From the human T2T-CHM13v2.0 reference genome, Homo sapiens, in NCBI RefSeq assembly GCF_009914755.1, contig NC_060940.1: a DNA stretch of 64,000 bases, one strand, 5' to 3'. The position numbers and the translations under genes are program-made. Under the pieces are notes generated by a model. It worked only from the letters and a program-made list of their open reading frames with translations. It made no database searches and had not been told where the DNA came from. Numbering within the stretch: the stretch's first letter is position 1; each line of letters begins with the position of its first letter. Below, piece by piece: positions 33,369 to 50,779 of this stretch.

Positions 33369-33434
33369 CTAGGGGAAGGGGATGGTCAGCATTAGTGGGG
33401 CTGTTATGTCACCATTTAGCTACTATCTAAACCC

Positions 33435-33727
33435 ACACTGATCAGTGTGGGAGCCACGAGTCACATGCAATTACTGAGCACACAAAACAGGGCTCGTGTG
33501 AATTGAGAGGTGCCGTCAGTGTAAAAGGCACACTTGATTTCAAAGATTTGGTATGAAAAAAGAATGTAAAATATCTCAATTTTTAAATATTCATTACATT
33601 TCAAAATTGTATTTAGGACATATTATTAGAATCAGTTTTCCCCTGTTTCTCTTTACTCTTTTAACATGGTCCCTAGAAAAGGGAAAATTTCACATGGGGC
33701 TTGCTTTGTCTATTGGCCAGCACTGAT
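33435..33727. mobile_element. MER33-like hAT DNA transposon
   Basis: AATTGAGAGGTGCCGTCAGTGTAAAA...GATTTCAAAGATTTGGTATGAAAAAAGAATGTAAAATATCTC; end TATTGGCCAGCACTG. Confidence 0.65.
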
Positions 33728-34769
33728 CTAAACAATCCGACTTCAACACTTTTCTCTCCTCTCCAAGCAGCATTTCAGAACCCCTCGAGATGGCAGTGCC
33801 CTGGCAATGGGGCTGCAATAAATGCCTGAGCTACACCTGGAGCCGCTCATCCAAGGGCGTCGGTCCTGCCAAGGTCACTGGAAGGGGAATGTTCCCAGCC
33901 AGTCAAGGGGCTGGTAGGGCACTTCCTGGGACTCCTGCAGTTTATCTGGGAAGTGCGGGTTTCATTCGCCACTAATCAGGCTTAATCATACAGCACTTGG
34001 AGCCCTATTTTCCATCCCTCACCCACTAAGAGTGGAGGTGACAGTAAGAGCGTGGGAGCACACACCTGGGACTCCAACAGCTGGCTTCAAACCCGAGCTC
34101 AGGAACAGCATGACCTTGCCAAGGTCTGGACCTCTGTGCCTCAGTTTCCTCAGGTGTAAAATGGAGGTAAGGCCAGAACCTGCCCCGCTCGGTTATTACA
34201 AGGAACAGAGGAGCTTTTACGTCTTAAGCTCTTGCTGACACAAAGGCCCCATTTACAGAGATTATAATTCCCAACCTAGCAAAAATTTGACTAAGCTGAA
34301 ATATTTTGTGTAACTCAGGCCCATTTTATTAAGCAGGAAATGTAAAAGTACTCCCAACTTCTGATAATTCAAAATTCCTATCATTTCTATTTATTTTTCA
34401 AACAGTTTCATTTCTCATTACCTATATATTACTTGAAATCTTAAGGATAATTTTAATCGTCTGAATTACCTTTTCTACTTCACTGAAAACTTTAATTTTT
34501 ATTTTCATGATTCTTCTTTTAAAACATACTAATTCTAGATGGATGCACAGTTTACCCATAAGACGAATTACTGATACTTACTTGTAAAATTCTTTCCAAG
34601 TTCCAAATACCTCATCTAAACTAACTTCTGAAATATAACCTATTTTCAAGCTGTACTTTAAAATCTGGCTTTAAAACAAAAGGGCAACATATTTATAAAG
34701 TAAGTCTGCTTTGCAAAGTGATTTGCCACAAGGTTTTTTTTTTTAATCCCAATTAAATTTAAATATATA

Positions 34770-35540
34770 CTGCTTCTCACCCAACAACAGAATACACATT
34801 CTTCTCAAATGTGCTTTAAACATTATCCAGAAGTGACCATACTATAGGCCATAAATGATGCATCAACAAATTTTAAAGGATTCAAATAATACAAAGCATC
34901 TTCTCTAAACATAATGAAATATAATCAAAAATCAGTACTAAAAGGCAATTTGAGGAATTCACAGGCATGGAGAAATTAAATAACACACTGTTACATAGCC
35001 AGTAGGCCAAATGAAAAAATCCTAAGGGACATTAGAAAATATTGAGATCAATGAAAATAAAAACATAACCTATCAAAACTTATGGCATGCAGCGAAGGCA
35101 GTGCTGAAAGGGAAATGTGCAAGTGTAAATGCTTATTTGAAAAAGAAGATCTCGAATCAATAACCTAGTATTCTATCTTAAGAAACTAGGAAAAGAAGAC
35201 CAAACAAATTTAAAGCAAACAGAAGGAAGAAAATAAAAGCTAGAGGAAAATAAATAGAAACTAGAAAGACAACAGAAAATTAATGAAACTAAAAGCTGGT
35301 TCTTCAAAATGCACCGACAAAAATGTGAAAACCCTTTAGCTAGACTAAGAGGAAAAAGGGACAAGAGAGAAATTATTTAAATCAGTAATGGAAGTGGGGA
35401 CATCCCTATTGCTTTTGGGAAAATAAGGATTATTTTAAAATATGCCAACAAACTAGAAAACCTAGAAGAAGGTTCGAGGGCTCACGCATTCTGGTTTCAA
35501 AGCTTTACTACACAGCTACAGTAATGGAGACAGCAGGTAC
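34770..35540 (+). mobile_element. Old L1M ORF2 fragment
   Basis: CAACAACAGAATACACATTCTTCTCAA and CAAAACTTATGG...GCAGCGAAGGCAGTGCT blocks. Confidence 0.8.
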
Positions 35541-35586
35541 CGCTCTACAGCAAAAGACCTGCATCACCGAGTCCACGCACACTTGC

Positions 35587-35731
35587 CTTGCAGCTTCATC
35601 TCAGAGAGCAGCTGAGCAGCCAGCACCTGCACCCGGGGGTTGGGCCCTGGGGCTTCCTTCCCAGTCCAGCCTCTCAGCTCCTGTCTGTGGCTTAGCACGT
35701 GCACCACAGAGCCAACCAGATCCTCTGTAAA
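35587..35731 (-). CDS. MEAK7: MEAK7 exon 4 (GC donor)
   Basis: ttacag|TTT...CAAG|gcaagt; FTEDLVGSVVHVLSHRQELRGWTGKEAPGPNPRVQVLAAQLLSEMKLQ; 145 nt gives the phase 1 required by exon 5. Confidence 0.93.
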
Positions 35732-36749
35732 CTGTAAGATCACAATTTTACCATTAAAAACAGTTCCACCATATCCTGAGACCTATGTCATGCCCACATG
35801 GAGAAGGGCAATTTTCTTTAACACCAACTATGATGGGCCACAATGTGGGGAAAGGTCATGCAATGTATGTAGTTACTCGTTTTTCTAATGATGCACTTGG
35901 CTGGCCTAGAACTTTTCCCAAAGCCTTTGTCCAGGAGTTCTGACCTCATCCCAACAGTATTGGGGTTTAGGACTCCCCGAGGATGGACAGCTCCACAATG
36001 CCTGCTGTCTTCATTGCTCAAACCAACAGGATGATTTGCTGAGGCCCAGGAGCTACCCCCTCCAGAAAATCCCTGATCTCCCCAAATTTGGTTGAGATCT
36101 AAGGTTTATTTTGCTGAGTTTTACTTGCTTCCAAAAAGGAAGGCAAGTCTTCCTGTTTCCATAATGATAGAGGGCAAGCAACTGCTTTCTGGAGTTGCAG
36201 CTCGCTTCCAACAGGGAAGGGGAATTGGAGGTTTTCCTGCTTCTAAGATGGCAGAGGGCAGTCTGCAGCCTGGGCCCCACTCCTAGGAAAGTAGGTGAAT
36301 TGGGGTTTTGTCTTAAAAATTCTCCTGATGACTAAAACTTAAACAACCAACTGGTCTTCATTTACCAATGGTCTTCTCCTTACCATTAGAGCACTCAGTA
36401 ATTGTACAAACTGTGTGAGCGTGTGTTTGTTTTGCTGAACTGTTTTTATTTGTGGCTTCTGTTTTTATTGTTTCAGTCTTTTTCCCACTTGGGTTGATCA
36501 ACTCTACCTGACTTGGTCAAATCCGAGGGAACGTTCCAAATTATAGGGAAACAAGGCCTCTGAATTGGCTAAATTCCCATAGCTGGGGGAAAAAAAAAAA
36601 AAAGAAGGAAAGAGCAAGGCCACCAAAAGGAAAAAAACATTTTGACTGCCTTGAGGGGCTTTATTTCCATAACCTTTACTAGCCAGGCCCAAACTAAAAG
36701 ACCCAGGGCAGCGGCCCACACTCTCGCTGGGCGGCTAAGTTTCTGCCCC

Positions 36750-36786
<37 letters not shown>

Positions 36787-36955
36787 TCAACAACCTGAGT
36801 TTGGTTCCTACATCAAAATCCTTTCTGGTTTGATATTTGTGTTACTTTTGAAATACCAGTCATTTTTGTCCCAGGTAAAATACGGTAGTAAAAGATTTAA
36901 AATGATTTTTTTAAAGAGCTCAATCGTTAAAGTCAGCTTAATTAAAAGCTAATCA

Positions 36956-36957
<2 letters not shown>

Positions 36958-37009
<52 letters not shown>
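36958..37009. repeat. (TG)~25 microsatellite
   Basis: Direct reading. Confidence 0.97.
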
Positions 37010-37011
<2 letters not shown>

Positions 37012-37474
37012 TTAAAGGGACATAATGCCTTTTTGCCTCTCCTAGGGTCTTGTTTTTAGAAAAAAGAAGATTTATTTCCTTCTCAATCAACTGAATTTTT
37101 TTCTCCATTTGCTTCTGCGTGTCTCTCCTTCCTCTTGCTACCCTCCGCTGTATGAAGGACCTAAAATAATGTCTAAGAGTCTGGGATTCCTTAAAGAAAA
37201 CAGAGAAGGTGCCACACTCGTTTCTGAGAGAAATTTGTTTCTTTACAGAACCCCAAAGTTATAAACAGACCAGTTCCTCTCAGCTCTTAAGCTGCTTGCT
37301 TTTCTACTGTGTTACCTGATTTTTGTCTAAAAAAGTTATTACTACACAGCTACTCTTTAATGAAACCAAAAGTTGGTTCATTGAAAAGATCAACAAAAAT
37401 ATGAAGAATCTTTAGCTACACTGACAGAAAAAAGGGAGACAATTCAAATTATTTAAATCAAAAACAGAAGTAGG

Positions 37475-38190
<716 letters not shown>

Positions 38191-38863
38191 AGATTTAAAT
38201 TTTTTTAAATTAAGGTTATCATATCCATGTAACATTTTGTATTGTTTTTAAAGTCCTTTTGCTGTTAAGTTACAGGGCTGTGATTCCTAGGGCTAAAAGA
38301 GACTTGAATCCTGCTAAATCTTCAACACTGAAAACAATTAAAGCCTCATTTTGAGACCCAGGAAAAGATGGCAATCAAACTGTGTTCACGAGACACAGGG
38401 CCTGAAATTTAAAATATTTAACCCCTCTAGGCCCAGGGACTATTGTGGAAGAGGTGGATGTATGAGATTGTAAGGGCCGATTTTGAGAGAGAAAATTAGT
38501 TCAGAGGTTCTCTGTAAATTAAATATTAATATCAAACATACACTGATCCAACACCAGCATCTGGGTCCTTGTGTCAGATTAACAAGGTTTTCTTGGAGCA
38601 TAACCCCCCTTTTCATTTAAAGAATTATAAAAGGTTATAAAAAGGTTTATACAAATTATATCTTATGGTCAAGATGATTAAAATTTAATAGATTTGTTTA
38701 TAAGACTTCACAGAGATTTAAGTGGCCTCATACTGTCTTTATTAGGGCTTATTGTTTGGGAAATTAAGTCTCCTCTCTCAAAAAAATAAAGGTTTTTACC
38801 CTTTTTTTCAAAACCTTTGAGTTAGCACTTTGGCTAAATGACTTATTTTACAATGACCTGTGA

Positions 38864-39245
<382 letters not shown>

Positions 39246-41315
39246 TGATATTTGACAAACTTTCCAGAATCAAATTCAAAATTCAGTCCTTTTGACCTCA
39301 ATTATTGTTTTGATATTAGGTCCCTTGAGCTCCAAGGGAGACATATTGGGCTTACTTGGTATAATACAATCATACAGGAAGCACTGTCAAATATGAAATG
39401 GTGTTTAACCATCTTTGGACCACATTTATGTAAGTGTGTTATTAGTATGTGTTCCAAAATTCTATGAGATTCCTGTGATTCTGATGTGTCTTAGTATATG
39501 TTATCAGTAGTAATTACTATTATGTAAAGTTGTTGTATGCCAGAGAAGTACCCAAATTTCCTTGTCAATTGTGTCTTTAACCATGGCTGTTCTAAGACTT
39601 TTGACATCCACAATTGTTTTACTTTGATCCTTTTATAGGGCAGTTTATAGTCAGCTATAGAACTCTGAGGAGTACTCTTAAATATCGGTTCCGATAACTT
39701 TAGAGATTGTGCTGTTGGAATAGAAAGGAAAACTTCCAGGACTCATAGGGGGCTGACGTATTCATGAGGATTGCCGATCCAATATCAAGCAAGCAAGAAG
39801 TTAATTGCGTGGACCGAACTAACAGATGACCGAAATAATCTTTTATGACATTTTGTTTACAACATTAGCTGTTTTTTTTCCAGAGTCAAGAAAACTTTCT
39901 CTTTTAAGCTATTTACAGCTTTTAACAATTAAAATATACTCTAGTGAGCAAAATTTAAAACATAATCCCTTTCTGTCTACCTAATTTCTCTAAAATTTGG
40001 AAACTATTTGTGAGTATTCTTAATTTATGGCAATATAATTATTTGCATACATTCAATAAGAATCTGTTTTCTTTTATAACAGGACATAATTGGAAACACT
40101 GGTTATTTCATGAAGGCTTTGACTGGAACAGCATTTTCAGATTACCTTGAGAAAATGAAGCTGACCTGTAGAGCTGATAAAAGCCACTGGACAAACTGGC
40201 CTCACACTGTCCTTTACAGGGTCCTGATCTGTAAGTAAAGGATGTCACTTTCTGACAGGCCCAAATACTCCAAGTTTTCTTGGGACCTCAAAGAGAGAGG
40301 AATTCACCCAAGTCACATGGGTATCTACAGGCACAGATAAATTCTTGGCTAGGCTTGGAGCTTTTAGAAAGGTCTAATCTAAAAAAATGAAATAAAATAA
40401 AATAAAATAAATAAAAATGTCTAATCTCAGACTCCTTAAGGAAAAGTTCTAGCAAAGATAATTCAAAGAGAGTCAGTGTCTATATGGCAAATTATCACTG
40501 TTGCTGCACTTTATGCAAAATAATCAAGCTAAGTATAATTAGACTAAAACTTATTTTACAAATAAGTTGGTCCTACTATGATTTTGTCTTTAATGAAAGT
40601 GGGGAACTGAAGAGAGAAAAATGTTTCAAAATAAACCATAGTACACTGGTTATTGGATTCTAGCTTTGACCAGTGTCAATTTTTATTATTTTCTACAATT
40701 TGGACTGAACCCTAGAATTTTTTCCTGGCTACAAGTCTTTAAAATAACATTTCAATCTTTCTCCTTCCTTCTATTCCTTTTTTTCCCCCCATTTTTCTGA
40801 TTTGAAATCATTAAAAAATAAGCTGTGCTCTTCTTAAAGCTCTGAGAACTAAAGCTAGACAACTTAAACTCTGGAGTAACAGCGACCTATTTATATACAG
40901 AACCATTTTCGTACCTGCCTGCTGATATATGGACTTCAGAGTAATATGGCCTATATGAGTTTTCCAGTGTTGTCTTCCCTTTTTTGTTTGTTGTTTTTCT
41001 CTCTTCCTCCCCCACTATTTTTTCTTCACGGGACATGAGACTTCACAACCTGCTAAAAATGAGCTTACCTAAAAACATATCTGACTAGGAATAAACCATT
41101 CTGGACATGACAGATCAGACAAAACCCAAGCCCTGAGACTCATTTTCCTCTAAAATCCTTTCTCCAAAAGATTTCTGAAAGACAAAGCAGGAAAAAATAA
41201 AAACTCAGGACTCCAATTCACTCTGCCAAAAGGAAAAATTAAGCTAAAAGCTGAGTCTTGCAAGAAACTGCCTTTCCCTTTGTTCCTAAGCAGACAGCTA
41301 CAGATAAAAGGTTTA

Positions 41316-41630
<315 letters not shown>

Positions 41631-42024
41631 AAAATCTCCACAGGTAGTGACTATGCTCACCTGATCATATGTAAAGTGCTGATTTACTGAGTGCAAGACA
41701 AACACACATTGACTATTTCCCTACCTGCTCCCTTCCTCTTAACAAAATATGGATTCAGTAATGGGACCAGACCCTCCCTCCTTCCCCTGCAGTCTGCTTT
41801 TCCCCTTTAAGTCCTGAAGCCCTCAAAATCATCTTTGGAGAAAGGCACAGGCCTCTCTCCCAGACATGCCCTTAACCTTGGCAAAATAAACTCCGATTAA
41901 TTGAAACCCAGCTCAAATACTTTTTGGTTTACTCCTCCATGTGCCATGTAACTGGCCTCCATCCCCCCACCGATGGTCACCAAGACTGCTGAGGAGGCTG
42001 CAAAGGACCTCGCGGCCTCACTAC

Positions 42025-42255
42025 CTTTTGGACTTCTCTGGCCTTCACGGGACCTTCTGTGGCAGAAATCATTTTCATAATCATGAGACTCTTCTCCTCG
42101 GAGTTTCCTTTCAACAGGTGGGACATGGATGCTGTGAACTGCTCCTGGGACACGTTCTCACTGGGTCCCTTCGCCTTCCCTGTCAGGTCGACCCTCCGCA
42201 TGCCATCATACAGCCTGGTGACCATCTCTGGGGGAAGAGCTTCCCCGACGTGGTT
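42025..42255 (-). CDS. MEAK7: MEAK7 exon 3
   Basis: cggcag|AAC...AAG|gtagt; NHVGEALPPEMVTRLYDGMRR...KAREVQK. Confidence 0.95.
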
Positions 42256-42306
42256 CTGCCGGGGACAAGCAGAAAAATATGGTTAGACAGTGCACAAGTT
42301 GAACTT

Positions 42307-42931
42307 GGTTACTAGGAGTTATTATTTTAGGCAGATAGAGAGGAAAAGGGGTCCTTGGGAAGTTTTCGTTTTTTAAAGCATCTCTGAAAAAGTTTCTTGT
42401 AAAGCCCCGTCTCTTAGAGCCAGGCCGGAAACTTTGATATGCAAATGCCGGCCATTAGAAACTGGGTCCACCCACCAAGGTGATTCCCATGGCTTTCTTG
42501 CCCTTTCCCCACATGTTCCTGGCAACATGGCCGCCTCCACATATCCCCACGTGTATAGAACATCCATGGTGCCCTGCATTTACTTATTAAAAGGCTAGGG
42601 TGGGAGGGCCAGCTTTTTCATGGGCTACGTGAATGACATACCTGGTCAAACCAATCCAGAGCCCTGTGCAAATCAGACATCGCCTCCTCCAGCCTCTGCA
42701 TATATACCTGGCTGGTGTCCACCGCACTTGAGGACCTCTTCTTTTGGCTTTGGAGCTACCCCTCCCTCCGTCTCTGTACAGGGGAGCCTCTTCCTTCCGC
42801 CTTCTCCTTCCTTCTTGCCTATTAAACTCTCCGCTCCTTAAAGCCACTCCACGTGTGTCCATGTCATTTTATCTAAACTGGCATAAGGACCAAGAACCCT
42901 GGTGTTCTTCCACTCATCGTGAGCCGTATCA
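42307..42931 (+). mobile_element. LTR9-family (LTR9B-like, ERV1) solo LTR
   Basis: TTATTTTAGGCAGATAGAGAGGAAAAGGGGTCCTTGGGAAG start; CCAAT ~42651, TATA-like ~42700, ATTAAA 42821, end GCCGTATCA. Confidence 0.75.
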
Positions 42932-44029
42932 GTAGTATCACAGGAAAATAAGTAGGGGGCCCAGACCAACCTCGGCCACTTCACAATGCTGCTGTCAGCT
43001 CCCAAATGCTCCTGCATCACCAGGATGCAGGACGTTCTCTCACCGAAGGGCCTCACACCACCTAAGCGTCCTGGGTGTAGCTCACTTTGGCCATCAGACT
43101 CTCCCACAATCTGCTCCCATCCTGCCTCCAAACTCTCCTGTCTTGTCATTCCTGCCTCTGGCCACCATCTGAGCTTCACTCTACTTTGAACATCATCTTC
43201 ATTCTAGATTCTAGCAGCTGCCATTTGCATGTCGGAATTTATTAACACATGTAACATATGTCTGTGTACAGCTAATTTCGTCTCTACGTTAGGGGTTTCC
43301 AAATATACCAGCTTTTACTTCCTGTCCATGTTCCTTGGGCTCAGCATGTATTTTTCATTCATTTTTATTTAAATTTAGGTTTTTTTTGGTTTTTTGTTTG
43401 TTTGTTTGTTTGAGACAGGGTCTCCCTCTGTCACCCAGGATGGAGTGTGGTGGCTCAATCACAGCTCACTGGATGTAACTCCCTGGCCAGTTTCCTCATC
43501 TGCTCCCATGCTGCACATTCTAGAAGAGGGAGGAGGCTGCTAGGATGGCTGCCTGGACTCCCAGGAAGATGAGCTGACGGCATCTCCTTGTCAGTGTCTT
43601 GCCTCAGTCCGAGCACTCAAACCTGCAGCTGAGAGCCCCATGGAACGGGGAAAAACATGGGCAAATGGGCAGTTTTAACTCCCTGCAAGATGAGCCTTGA
43701 ATCTAAAATGTGATTATTTTGTTAGGAATATCATGAAATTCCTAGCCATCAAACACATACACATTCTAGAGGCAACGGTGCACCTGACACGTCATGGTTC
43801 CTGGACCGACGAGTCCAGGAGGGCAGACCCATCACCGCGTCTGTCTCCCCATCTCTGGGAGGGCAGTCAGGAGGGACGTGGTTCAAGAGACACACGAGGC
43901 AGGCTATCTCTCTCCTCTGATGTTCATCTCAAGTTAGAAATGTCCCCAAATGTCGTGTGAATCATTCATTATCTACTCCAGGTTCCTTTCTGTAGTACAG
44001 ATAAGAGACTATTGATTTCAAAAACGGGG

Positions 44030-44160
44030 AGGGATGCGTTTACACACTGTCTATGGCTATTTTCACACAGTAACGGCAGAGCAGAGGAGCTACAACAGAG
44101 ACCGCATAGCTCACAAAGCCAAAACTAGGTCACATCTGGCCCTTTACAGAAAACCAACTT
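44030..44160. mobile_element. MER58-like DNA transposon fragment
   Basis: GTCTATGGCT...ACAGAGACCGCA...ATCTGGCCCTTTACAGAAAA. Confidence 0.65.
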
Positions 44161-44275
44161 TTCAGTGTTGCCATCCATCCCATTACAAAAACACGAAAGC
44201 AGATTCTGGCCTGAAAGCCACAGTTTGCAGACCCCTGCTCCCAACTAAACATGAACCACGGGTTGTTACTCTTGC

Positions 44276-44428
44276 CTGTAGTGCCTTCAGAGAGAAGGAT
44301 TTGGATGAGACATTCGGGCTGTTTTTATCTGATGACAGAGCATCAAACAATTGATCAATCTCTGCCTGTTCCTCAGGAAGAAACTGTGAACAAAAGCTCC
44401 GCCCCACACGGCTTCTGCTGTTCCCCAT
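44276..44428 (-). CDS. MEAK7: MEAK7 exon 2 coding part (start codon; exon begins at 44453; GC donor)
   Basis: MGNSRSRVGRSFCSQFLPEEQAEIDQLFDALSS...LKALQ|gcaaga; MGxxxS N-myristoylation consensus; all seven coding exons sum to 1371 nt = 456 aa + stop. Confidence 0.95.
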
Positions 44429-44571
44429 CTGTCCTGATATCTGGCAGAATTCTCTGCAGAAGGAAAAGACACAACATTAGAAAAATCAAAATTTAATAAT
44501 CACAGAAAATAAATGCTGAGAATTATATGGTCAAGTTAATATATACTGATATAGCCACAAAATGTAGCTAA

Positions 44572-44915
<344 letters not shown>

Positions 44916-45859
44916 TAATATTGTTTTGATGTGACAGAAATCAATAGCTGATACAAACAAAGCTGGAAAAGCCCATCGTGACGCCCATGACCTACTGAAA
45001 CACACCCATAATTGTCACAAAGTCTGGGTTTGAGAACTTAGTGCCCAAGCTAATATAACCAAAGGCAGGACAAAAAAATCTGTATTTTAATCAATCTAAA
45101 TATTCATTCTTTAAAACCAGAGTTAGAAAATATAAATCAAAGGCTGAACAATCACCTGTATTTGAATAAACTCACCTTGAGAATACTGCTACACACTAGT
45201 TGGGAAGTTTTTCCTTTGTGATCCTGGCTCTGCCTCCTCCTAGCTGTGTAGTCTTGGGCAAGCTACTAAAACGCTCTCTGCCTCAATTTCCCCATTTGTA
45301 AAGCAAGAGGAGTCACAGCCCAGCCTCAGAAGATTGCCGTGATTATCAACCAAGTCAACCAAAGCAAAGGGCCAAGACCTGCCTGGCACTGACCGTGCCT
45401 GTATGATCCCGGCCCGTGAGCCTCATCTGTTTGAGGCGCTGGGGTAGCGTTAACAGAGACTGGCACCAAGAGCAGGTGACCTGGGGCCTTGTTCACTGTC
45501 ACAAACCTCATTATAGGAAAAGACAAGTGTCAAGCAATCGGGGGATTCAAACAAAAAAGCATGGTTGGAAATGAAAACAAACAAAAAATCTCTCAAGAGG
45601 TAAGGTGCTGTGACTGTTAATTCCTGGCCCTGGACTTTTTCCGGAAACCCAGTGTCAATGAGACTGCTGGAGAGAAAACGACCTTCTCCCACACAGGCAC
45701 CTTGATAAACAAAGTCACTGCAGCAGTAAACTTTCCCCCAAGGTATTTAGCCAAGGGGGAAAGGCCATGCTACTAGGGTGGGGCATGAGTCATGGTCCGC
45801 ACCAAGCCATGACAACTCAAACCCTCAAGGGGTAACGGGGTAATCAGGGACTTTCTCTT

Positions 45860-46830
45860 CATTGCGATGAGATTCACATACAATTAACCATTTTAAAGTG
45901 TACAGTGGCATTTAGGACCTTCACAATACGGTGCAACCCTCACAGATCCAAAACATGTTCATCACCCTCGGAGAAAACCCTGTACACGAGCAATCTCCTC
46001 TCATTCCTCCCTCCCACATGCCCTGGCCATCACCCGTCTACTTTCTGTCCTGATGCATTTCTGTATTCTGGGCATTTCATATAAATGCAATTATATGGCC
46101 AGGCGTGGTGGCTCACACCTGTCATCCGAGCACTTTGGGAGGCCAAGGCAGGAGAATCACTCGAGCCCAGGAGTTTGAGACCAGCCACAGCAACGTAGCA
46201 AGACCTCATCTCTACTAAAAACGTAAAAATTCGCCAGGCACGGTGGTATGTGCTTACAGTCCTAGCTGCTCCAAAGGCTGAGGCGGGACGATCGCGTGAG
46301 CACAGGACGTCAAGGCTGCAGTGAGCTATGATCGTGCCACTGCACTCCAGCCTGGGTAAAAGGGCAAGACCCCGTCTCTAAAAAAATAATAAATGGAATT
46401 ATATGATGTGTGGCCTTTTGTGATTGTCTCTTCTCATTTAGCATCGTGTTTTTGAGGCCCACCTATGTTGTAGCGCGGGTCAGCATTCCACTCCTTTTTA
46501 TGGCTGATTAGTATTTTGTTGTATGGATGGACCACCTTTTGCTTATCCATCATTAGCTGAAGGACACTGGGGCTGTTTCCACCTTCCGGCTATCATGAAT
46601 AGTGCTGCAATGAACATCTGAGTACCTGAGTCCCCCTGTTCCAATTTCCAGTGTCGACACCTAGGAGTGGACTTGCTGGGTCACATGGTAATTCTGTTTA
46701 ACATTCTGAGGGGCCGCCAAGTGCTCTCCACTCTATAATCCCATCAGTAAAGCATGAGCTTCCATCTATCCACACCCCCACTAAAGCGAGTTATTTCTCC
46801 GCCTTTTATACGACAGCCATCCTCGCAGCG
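45860..46830 (-). mobile_element. Old L1 (L1MB/ME-type) 3' end with nested AluJ (46097-46392, +)
   Basis: TTTTTATGGCTGATTAGTATT and GCTGCAATGAACAT blocks; Alu interrupts it. Confidence 0.75.
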
Positions 46831-47204
46831 GATGGGCCTTTAACAGGCCTCACTGCTAATGTGCCCCTCTGCACAGGAAGTCTCCACTGGGGGGCTCCTT
46901 GGAAGGGGATGGGGGTGCACTTTACACAGACAGGCTGGAAACGAGGGCTTACCCGACCCCGTTTGGGTGCTCACCCACGCCCCATCTGATCTCACCGCTT
47001 CCACTCCTCACGTTTCGCAGCAGCAGAAGAGCCCAGAAGGAAAACCTCCAGCCTGGACTCAATGTCCAGCGGCAGGCGGCTGTCCCCAGCTCTGAAACAG
47101 AGGGGCTGCACCGGCTGAGTCTGGGTGCTGCAGGGACACAGCCCAAGCAGCCAAAACAAAGCAGACCCACCCTCTGCATCAACTCGAAGAGCCTGCAAGG
47201 TGGG

Positions 47205-47549
<345 letters not shown>

Positions 47550-48140
47550 TCACATTCCAGCTGAGTCTTCAGAGACTCACAGGTGATTCACCAGGAAGTG
47601 GGAACAGCACGCACGGGGCATAAGCAAGAGCGTCGGGATCAGCGAGGCAAGGGTGGAACTCAGGGCACGTGGGGGAGGGCAGCAGAGGGCTGCAGCAGAA
47701 GGGGGCCCAGGCCTGACTCCACCCAGCCCCTCACTTCCATCCCACCCCAACTCCCACTTTCTCCCAGAAACAGGCTCCCCCACTGTGGTCGGAGAACAGC
47801 AGCAGGGTGCAGCCTGGCCAGCCCTCACCAACCCCAGACAGCCGGGAGAAAGGTGCAGGGCTGGGCAAGTGCCAACAGGCAGGACAGGAACCCAGAAATG
47901 CACAGAAGCGGCGCAGACCAGGGCAGGCCCAGGAGATGACAGGAAAGGCTTGGACGCAGAGCCAGGCTGGCAACGCCACTTTTTCAAGCAGGAGAGAGGA
48001 GGTTGCATGGGAGGCCCCAGTAGGAACCCCAGGGCTGGTGCCAGTGAGGTGGGAAGGTGGGCAGCCCCTAAGAACACAGCGCTGTCCGCAGCACTGCCAT
48101 TCTTAGTACCTGCAGAGTGCTGGTGAAGGGACACGTCTCA

Positions 48141-49926
<1,786 letters not shown>

Positions 49927-50779
49927 TAAGGTTGAGAAGATTAAATAAGGTAACCCAGGGCATTTGATCTGCTTACTGGAGGTCAGAGACAGAATAATGG
50001 GCCCAAGACAACAGAGAATGGCTCCTTGGGATCTTGTCTTAGAACAAGAGAAACTGCCCTGCTTGGAAGAAACGGAAGGTTGCTCTGCCTCCGTGATGGA
50101 GGGGTGGACAGGGACCGATTGTCTGCAGGATGGCCCCCAAGGTTCCCACTAGTATCCTAGGAATGGCTTAGTCACCTCCTGCTCAGAGCTTCTCCAACAG
50201 GCTGTTACATGGCTGCTTCCCACCCTGGCTGCCAAGCTCCAACTCTCTACTCCAAGGGCCCCGCATCCCTAGAGCCACACAAGGGTCCCTCCGTACCCCC
50301 ACAAGCTGGGGAGATTCCAACTGCCTCATCTGGACAGGCTTCGAAGTCCTGTCTGTGTCTCAGAGCCCAGAGGCCCATGTGCGAAGGGGCAGCTTGAGCC
50401 TGGGCAAGAAGTTCCTGTGGGCCAGAAGGTGACCTGTCCTGTGCTGGCCACCTACATGGCCTGGGAACAGTTATCAGCTCACTGTCCTGGAAAAGCCCAG
50501 ATGGGTGTGGTCAGAATACAAGAAGGAAAAACCCCTCCACACACACTTCAGTGTCTACCCCAGACTCGCCTCCTCCGTGGAGGCACCCCTCCCTTTCCGC
50601 GTCTACACAGGCTCTGAATCCCCCTTCAACACGGCTGGCCTTGGCCCTGGGGGAAGCACCTCGCCACCCTCTTACCTTGACCACATAAATAGCGGGAGGT
50701 GCAGGATGATTCTGATCCCCCCCAGGAGACCCTCCCTCCATCCCGCCCCGCTGTCCCCACCCCTCACCTCCCCGCAGCC

